Source: a virus
Taxonomy: Duplodnaviria; Heunggongvirae; Uroviricota; Caudoviricetes
Virus record (IMG/VR): IMGVR_UViG_3300029305_003072
Reading direction: 5' to 3' (one strand)
Length of the DNA stretch: 47,814 nt
The notes under the pieces were generated by a model. It worked only from the letters and a program-made list of their open reading frames with translations. It ran no database searches and was not told where the DNA came from. This document shows positions 43,063 through 47,814 of this stretch, piece by piece. A program made the translations under genes and the position numbers. Within the stretch, counting starts at the first letter, position 1. Every line of letters starts with the position of its first letter.

Positions 43063-43109
43063 AAAAAGGGTCGTATATGATTTATTCATATACGACCCTT
43101 TATTTTTTT
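43061..43109. terminator. Bidirectional intrinsic terminator where the two transcription directions converge
   Basis: A-run, then GGGTCGTATATGA-tttat-TCATATACGACCC, then a T-run, between convergent stops at 43062 and 43108. Confidence 0.85.
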
Positions 43110-43707
43110 ATGTGCAAATAGCCCACCCAGTAGATGTACCATCTTTGTTAATATATGGAATAGCAACTTTCCATCCATTAGCAGTTCCATCAACATTGAC
43201 ATATGGTATTGCACTCTTCCATCCATTGGCAGTTCCATCAATATTAATGCGAACTAATCCTCCACCATTAATCACTGTACCTCCATAAGTAGAGCTATCT
43301 CCTCGGTTTCTGATAATAACAATAGTAGGATTTGATTTACGAACAAAATGAAATCTAAAAGTTACTGTTGACCCAGCGGCTACATATACTCCTCCAAATG
43401 TAAAAGTTTTTTGTTCCGTATTATAATAGTTTCCTCCGCTAGTTTTATTGCTTACAGTAATTGTATTGGACGTATGCGATGTTCCGTTAGAATCAGTAAC
43501 AGTTACATAAACATCATATGCATATCCATATCCAGTAACAGTATCTCCCTAATTGTATGTTCCATTACCTGAAGCAAGACCTATTCTGCATGCAGTTATT
43601 AGTTGAGGTGTAGAACCAGTATTTTTATATTTGAGTAAATTTCTACTATAAGTAGCATCTATGCCCTAATAAGAAAAACTCCAATCACTATGAGTACTCC
43701 ATCCCAT
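43108..43707 (-). CDS. Small fibre-associated/virion protein with C-terminal 16-aa repeats (199 aa, TAG=Gln); missing from the ORF track
   Basis: RBS AAGGAG, ATG at 43707, 2 TAG (codons 14 and 53), TAA at 43108. The C-terminus reads INIDGTANGWKSAIPY-VNVDGTANGWKVAIPY-INKDGTSTGW. Confidence 0.75.
43117..43248 (-). repeat. 48-bp tandem repeat (two full copies plus one partial) encoding the 16-aa repeat
   Basis: 43153-43200 and 43201-43248 are near-identical, and 43117-43152 is a diverged partial copy. Confidence 0.8.
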
Positions 43708-43733
43708 TATCTTTTCTCCTTTATCTCTTTTTT

Positions 43734-43780
43734 AATAAAAAATTTGGTGAAGTAAAAATATAAAATTACTTCACCAAATT
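43734..43780 (-). terminator. Intrinsic terminator-like hairpin after the holin-like gene
   Basis: AATTTGGTGAAGTAA-loop-TTACTTCACCAAATT (15-bp stem) followed by TTTTATT on the minus strand. Confidence 0.7.
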
Positions 43781-43785
43781 ATGGT

Positions 43786-44256
43786 TTAGACAGGAACCTC
43801 ATCGTCAGTCTTTAAAGGTAAAGCAATTGCCTTATTATAATAAGTTTCAGCTTGACCATTTCCACCTAAGCCTTTATATAATTTATAGAATTCCATTAAT
43901 TGTTCCATCTGGGATTCAGTAATGTATTCTTGGCGTAAAAATCCTTTGCACAATTGGATTAAACGGAAACGGTAAGAAGCAACAATTAAGTTCATATGAG
44001 ATTTCTCTAAGTTCTCATTGTCGCGGCAATACTTTCTTAAATCTTCTAATTCTTGATAAATTGGTTCTAATTCAACTTCAATGTGAGTACCAATTCTTTC
44101 ATCAAGCTTTTGTTCTGCAATAATACGAGCATTTTCTTCGGCTTGGAGTTTTTCTTTCTTTAATTTATCACCATGCCATTTTGCCCAACCCATTACAATA
44201 GCACTAATTAGACCGAACAAAATTTCTGTTCCCCACTCTGCTAAAAGAGCTTCCAT
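43786..44256 (-). CDS. Putative holin-like / lysis-associated membrane protein (156 aa)
   Basis: Single N-terminal hydrophobic helix (ILFGLISAIVMGW), a coiled coil and a C-terminal YKLYKGLGGNG motif typical of a phage family often found beside lysis genes. No endolysin is present in the window. Confidence 0.5.
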   Translation of the reverse strand: MEALLAEWGTEILFGLISAIVMGWAKWHGDKLKKEKLQAEENARIIAEQKLDERIGTHIEVELEPIYQELEDLRKYCRDNENLEKSHMNLIVASYRFRLIQLCKGFLRQEYITESQMEQLMEFYKLYKGLGGNGQAETYYNKAIALPLKTDDEVPV

Positions 44257-44282
44257 AATAAAAGTTTTCCCCCTTTCAACTT

Positions 44283-44333
44283 CTCTATTGGATAATAAAA
44301 GAAGTGAAAGAGGGATTATCTAGTTAAGACCAA
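44283..44333 (-). promoter_or_regulatory. Recurrent upstream motif copy 6 (TTGGTC-N39-ATAGAG), minus strand
   Basis: Overlaps the last codons of the RuvC-like gene, precedes the holin-like gene, and contains AGATAA. Confidence 0.45.
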
Positions 44334-44809
44334 TCGAATACTTCGACTTTATTATTTACATAGTGAGCACCAATACAAATAGCATCACACTCATCTTGAG
44401 TAGGTTTTACACCATAAGTTTTTTCAACCCAAGCCTATGCGGCTTTCTTCTGGGCTGGACGGTCTTTACCCTTAATACCAAGAGTAGATTTCCAAACGGT
44501 TGAAAGAACTGCGGTTCGAGGCATCTTTAATGTTACAAATAATTCATATAAAACACCAAAGACTTCTGCTAATGCTTTAAAAGTTTGAACATTGTTTGCA
44601 ACATTGCCTTGAAGCTAAATATCTTCAAAAACAACTTCATCAATATCATATTCATTAATGAGTTGATTTACTTTACTCCGAATAAAGTGAAGTCTATCTC
44701 CAACATCAGAATGGTCAGCAGTAAACTTACCATATTTTAGAAGCTTACCATCTTCAAATATGGCCCAGCCGCTTGTTCGGCTTGCCTAGTCTAATGCTAA
44801 AAGACGCAT
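44324..44809 (-). CDS. ruvC: RuvC-like Holliday junction resolvase (161 aa, TAG=Gln); missing from the ORF track
   Basis: ATG overlaps the dut stop (TAATG). The sequence MRLLALD*ASRTSGWAIF...VVFEDI*LQ...WK..LG...K...QDECDAICIG gives the RNase H-fold acidic set D7, E62 and D/D. There are 3 TAG (codons 8, 65, 125). Confidence 0.85.
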
Positions 44810-45348
44810 TACTTAGATGTGGAGCCAAAACCGCCAGTGCGCTCTCCACCTGCGACGTCATCTTCAGTAACGCCATAGGGAAGAATAATAGCCTGACCAA
44901 TGGCCTCTCCCTTTTTAATCTGAATATTAAATGGAGATAGATTATAAATCTGGAAGAAAATTTCTCCTTCATTATCGGGATTGTTATAATAGTCAGCATC
45001 AATAACGCCGATACCATTACCCATCATTAACCAATATTTTAGAGGAGAAGAGCTACGAACACTCAACTGTAACCAAGTAGTCGGGTCAAGTTTGCATTTC
45101 ATTCCAGTAGAAACAAGAGTTGGCTTGAAACCAGTCTCTTTTGTAAATTTAGACATAAGGTCCATAGTTACGAACTCATCATCGCCTACAGGCCATAATT
45201 CTTTAGCTTCTGCAACCATTTGCCATACAGAAGGAATTATATAATCCTCTGCGGCAACCATATCATATCCTGCGGACTGTGCAGTCTTTCTGACCGGCAT
45301 AGCGATGTCCACATCTATATATTTAGAAACTTTTTCAAAAATAGCCAT
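44809..45348 (-). CDS. dut: Trimeric dUTPase
   Basis: All five motifs are present: SAGYDM, LVSTG, RSS, GVIDADYY/GQAI and RTGGFGST. Confidence 0.95.
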   Translation of the reverse strand: MAIFEKVSKYIDVDIAMPVRKTAQSAGYDMVAAEDYIIPSVWQMVAEAKELWPVGDDEFVTMDLMSKFTKETGFKPTLVSTGMKCKLDPTTWLQLSVRSSSPLKYWLMMGNGIGVIDADYYNNPDNEGEIFFQIYNLSPFNIQIKKGEAIGQAIILPYGVTEDDVAGGERTGGFGSTSK

Positions 45349-45353
45349 TTTTA

Positions 45354-45596
45354 TTAACCCCTTTCATAAGACACAACAAACATATCTTCGGGGTCTTTTT
45401 CTGCAGTAAACTGCTTAGTAGCTTGAACTACCATATATTCTTCAACCACTTGACCCTTAGCCTTAATCTGCTTTACTTTATAGCTAAAGCCAACTAAATC
45501 AAAACAAGGGTCATTTAAAAGCTCTTCATGTAAAGCTTCAACTGCGGCCTCATCGGGCACTCTATAAGTATCAACAGCTTTTAACAAATATCTCAT
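45354..45596 (-). CDS. Hypothetical protein (80 aa)
   Basis: Intact ORF in the operon, with its start overlapping the upstream stop (ATGA). Confidence 0.75.
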   Translation of the reverse strand: MRYLLKAVDTYRVPDEAAVEALHEELLNDPCFDLVGFSYKVKQIKAKGQVVEEYMVVQATKQFTAEKDPEDMFVVSYERG

Positions 45597-45847
45597 TTTA
45601 TTACCTCTACTTTATAATTATATTCACTGACCATTAACATATCAAGTAACATATAGCACATATTAATATTGCCAGATATTTTAATATTATTTATTAAGTA
45701 TTTTTCACATAGCAATATAATATCTTCTGTTATTTGCTAAATATTATTGGTATTATTAGTTTTATCCATAATTAAAATTTCATTTTCATATATACAAGTT
45801 TGGTAATTATTATTATCTATGAAAAAAATATATAAATATTTATCCAT
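45593..45847 (-). CDS. Hypothetical AT-rich paralog of 45847-46125 (84 aa, TAG=Gln); missing from the ORF track
   Basis: TAATG overlap at the start and ATGA overlap at the end, with TAG at codon 37. It shares IxxLC...IxGN and the terminal VEVIK with its neighbour. Confidence 0.7.
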
Positions 45848-46125
45848 TATTTAATTACCTCTACTTCAATATTATTCCAATTATAATGTTTCTTTGAATA
45901 AGCAAGAATGTCCTCAGACACAGCTGCTCCATAAACACTATTGCCAGCAAGAGTTACTTTATATACTTTTCTTGCATCACAAATAGCACTAATTACTTCT
46001 GGTAGCTCTTCCAAAGTGGTAATTGCTACACACTCTTTGTCACCAGTACTTGGATTTACAACATAAACATTCTGATGTAAATCAAACATATGAATTTCGC
46101 AATATACTCTTTTCATTTCATTCAC
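45847..46125 (-). CDS. Hypothetical protein (92 aa), TAG-free paralog
   Basis: Intact ORF ending in IEVEVIK. Confidence 0.75.
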   Translation of the reverse strand: MNEMKRVYCEIHMFDLHQNVYVVNPSTGDKECVAITTLEELPEVISAICDARKVYKVTLAGNSVYGAAVSEDILAYSKKHYNWNNIEVEVIK

Positions 46126-46612
46126 CTACCTGAACAATTCCACTATCATAGGGGAATAAGTATAAACAAGTTGGTTCACCGTCTTGAGGCTGAACCCAAA
46201 TCTCAACGGCATCGCCAGCCGCAGTCAAATCCATAGCTTTAACTAAACCAACATTTAAACAGCAATCAAGAACATCTTCACCAAGATATTGAGGTTCAAT
46301 AATCTTAAATACTGTGAAATAAGAAATTTCTTTACCATACAACATAAAATATTTATTATGGTAAGTTTCATATAAGGTCCAAATATCATCCATCGCCTTA
46401 CTAAAATCTTCAAGAATAGGCAATTGAGAAATGATTTGTTTATTCATATCATATAGACCCATATTAATACCGCCGCTCTCCATCTTGATTTCATTCCAGG
46501 CACCTTCGTGCCAAATCATATATTTACCTTCAGGAGTCTGAACTAACTCACCTTCGGTAGGAGTGTAGCGGATTTGAGAAGGGTCAATCTTCTTGATTTT
46601 TAGGTCACCCAT
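46118..46612 (-). CDS. Hypothetical protein (164 aa)
   Basis: Intact ORF with RBS AAAGGAG, directly downstream of a consensus promoter. Confidence 0.8.
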   Translation of the reverse strand: MGDLKIKKIDPSQIRYTPTEGELVQTPEGKYMIWHEGAWNEIKMESGGINMGLYDMNKQIISQLPILEDFSKAMDDIWTLYETYHNKYFMLYGKEISYFTVFKIIEPQYLGEDVLDCCLNVGLVKAMDLTAAGDAVEIWVQPQDGEPTCLYLFPYDSGIVQVGE

Positions 46613-46645
46613 ATCAAATCTCTCCTTTATCTCATTTATACTAAT

Positions 46646-46674
46646 ATTATATCAATTTTTTTTAGATAAGTCAA
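46646..46674 (-). promoter_or_regulatory. Near-consensus sigma70/SigA promoter (TTGACT-N17-TATAAT, extended -10 TG)
   Basis: The minus strand reads TTGACT tatctaaaaaaaattga TATAAT, embedded in the last codons of nrdG. Confidence 0.8.
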
Positions 46675-47134
46675 TTATTCTCTGATTACGTGAACCTCTC
46701 ATTTCAAGAGTAATATCACGCTCTTCTTCAATATAAGGACCATCAATTAGGTAATCCGCAAGCTCTAGCGCATGCCGCACTTGAGGATGACTTGCGTGTT
46801 GTAGTTGTTCATATGTATAACCACTCCAGATATATATCTTTGCTCCTGGAACTTTCTCTTTAACCTCTTTGACTACCAAATAGGTAAGGAAAGCATTTTC
46901 GTCACAAAGAGGTTCACCGCCCATGATACACAAATTTCTCTGTATACCCTGGGCGGTCAGTCCGGAAATAATCTCATTTAAAGTCCCAGTAGTAAATTCT
47001 TTTCCTCGGTTGAAATCCCAAGTTTCTGGATTATGGCAGCCTTTACATCTATGCGGACAGCCTTGTGTAAAAAAGCTCACACAAAGACCGGGGGCCGCAG
47101 AAATATCATTTAAAATTAAACCACTATAATTCAA
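46652..47134 (-). CDS. nrdG: Anaerobic ribonucleotide reductase activating protein (radical SAM)
   Basis: FTQGCPHRCKGCHNPETW (CxxxCxxC), GGEP, DGPY and RGSRNQR, adjacent to nrdD. TTG start with RBS AAGGAG. Confidence 0.95.
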   Translation of the reverse strand: MNYSGLILNDISAAPGLCVSFFTQGCPHRCKGCHNPETWDFNRGKEFTTGTLNEIISGLTAQGIQRNLCIMGGEPLCDENAFLTYLVVKEVKEKVPGAKIYIWSGYTYEQLQHASHPQVRHALELADYLIDGPYIEEERDITLEMRGSRNQRIIDLSKKN

Positions 47135-47158
47135 GGGAATTTACTCCTTTCGTATGAG

Positions 47159-47183
47159 CGTAGCTAACTTGTAGTTAGCTACG
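47159..47183 (-). other. Perfect 10-bp stem-loop between nrdD and nrdG (no U-tract)
   Basis: CGTAGCTAAC-ttgta-GTTAGCTACG. Confidence 0.6.
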
Positions 47184-47184
47184 A

Positions 47185-47814
47185 TTAACTAAATTTACTA
47201 TGTTTGATGCGGTGTTCAACCTCTGACTGTTTTCCTTTGTTAAAATGATGATAGTCAGTAGTTAAATAACCAGTAACACGACGCAGCTGTTGAATGTTCT
47301 CACTGCCGCACTCGGGACAAGCATCATTGAACTCGCCCTGGTAGCCGCAATCTAAACAAGAGTCGATTGGGAAATTAAAAGCTAAATAAGGAATATTTAG
47401 TTCTTTAAATGCGTAGTCAATAATCTGCTCAATAGCCTTGGTATTCTTTACAAATGTAGAATCTAATTCAACATAAGTAATGCATCCGCCAGTAGGATAC
47501 TTACAGAAAGGAGACTCAACAGCTAATTTCTCAAAGATACCAATTTCATACCATACAGGAACATGGTGACTATTGGTTAAGAACTCATGGTCAGTAACAT
47601 TAGGAATAATACCATACTGCTGACGCAAAGCCTTTAATGCGGTATGACATAAACCTTCGGCGGGAGTTGCATAGCAAGAGAAGTTTAAGTCATGGCGCTC
47701 AGAAGCTTCTTTAGCGTATTCGTTAATTCTCTTAACAACTTTCAAAGCGAACTCGCGCACATTCTCATCTTCAGCATGATTCTTGCCGAATAGAGCCTGA
47801 CACATTTCTGCGAT
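47185..47814 (-). CDS. nrdD: Class III anaerobic ribonucleoside-triphosphate reductase, C-terminal part (5' end beyond the window)
   Basis: YATPAEGLC finger loop, TNSHHVPV, GGCITYVE, a Zn site CLDC..CPEC and the glycyl-radical motif RRVTGYL. The frame is open to the window end. Confidence 0.95.
   Translation of the reverse strand: MAEMCQALFGKNHAEDENVREFALKVVKRINEYAKEASERHDLNFSCYATPAEGLCHTALKALRQQYGIIPNVTDHEFLTNSHHVPVWYEIGIFEKLAVESPFCKYPTGGCITYVELDSTFVKNTKAIEQIIDYAFKELNIPYLAFNFPIDSCLDCGYQGEFNDACPECGSENIQQLRRVTGYLTTDYHHFNKGKQSEVEHRIKHSKFS

Noticed and set aside
43117-43248. CRISPR-like direct repeats
   Set aside because: These are contiguous 48-bp in-frame coding repeats with no spacers.
10827-44809. 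General 5' bias of TAG codons
   Set aside because: Five genes have a TAG in the first 26 codons, but others have their first TAG only after codon 500, so no consistent bias can be claimed without statistics.
45130-45260. About 30-aa insertion between dUTPase motifs 1 and 2 as a novel signalling motif
   Set aside because: Similar IPSxW...KPTLVxTG extensions are, to my recollection, common in Clostridia-type dUTPases, and nothing here points to a special role.
3-45847. TAG as pyrrolysine, or TGA recoding
   Set aside because: Aligned residues are Gln, no Pyl context is seen, and TGA terminates several genes at sites coupled to the next start (7845, 10828, 42752, 45593).
2451-47129. Short antisense or alternative-frame ORFs in the track (for example 2451-2654, 8089-8379, 12121-12540, 22162-22413, 32318-32656, 42296-42616, 44754-45017, 46923-47129)
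   Set aside because: They lie wholly within longer well-supported genes, lack an RBS and look like shadow ORFs.

Overview
A 47.8 kb segment of a large tailed-phage genome, probably infecting an anaerobic Gram-positive (Clostridia-like) gut host. The host inference rests on strong AAGGAG ribosome-binding sites, a SigA-type promoter, SH3b cell-wall-binding domains and a class III ribonucleotide reductase. The phage reads TAG as glutamine (translation table 15), so the supplied ORF track is fragmented. About 60 hand-counted in-frame TAG codons split 16 genes, the fragments rejoin in frame, real genes end only in TAA or TGA, and TAG aligns with Gln in paralogs within the window. Plus strand (1-43062): a tail/baseplate and fibre region, a TAG-free 12.8 kb block containing a 2683-aa protein with a CotH-like kinase domain and LRRs, a serial set of fibre and LamG receptor-binding cassettes, and a terminator-bounded six-gene operon of unknown function. 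Minus strand (43108-47814): nrdD (partial), nrdG, hypotheticals, dUTPase, a TAG-interrupted RuvC-like resolvase, a holin-like gene and a small fibre-type gene, converging on a bidirectional terminator. Signals not explained by the gene list are a strongly over-represented CCGCA/TGCGG pentamer, a recurrent TTGGNC-N37-39-ATAGAG upstream motif, two tandem paralog pairs in which only one copy carries TAG, and a GGTCC-repeat intergenic region. No tRNA, rRNA, CRISPR array, integrase or reverse transcriptase was seen. All domain calls come from motif recognition by eye, with no database search, and all counts are manual.
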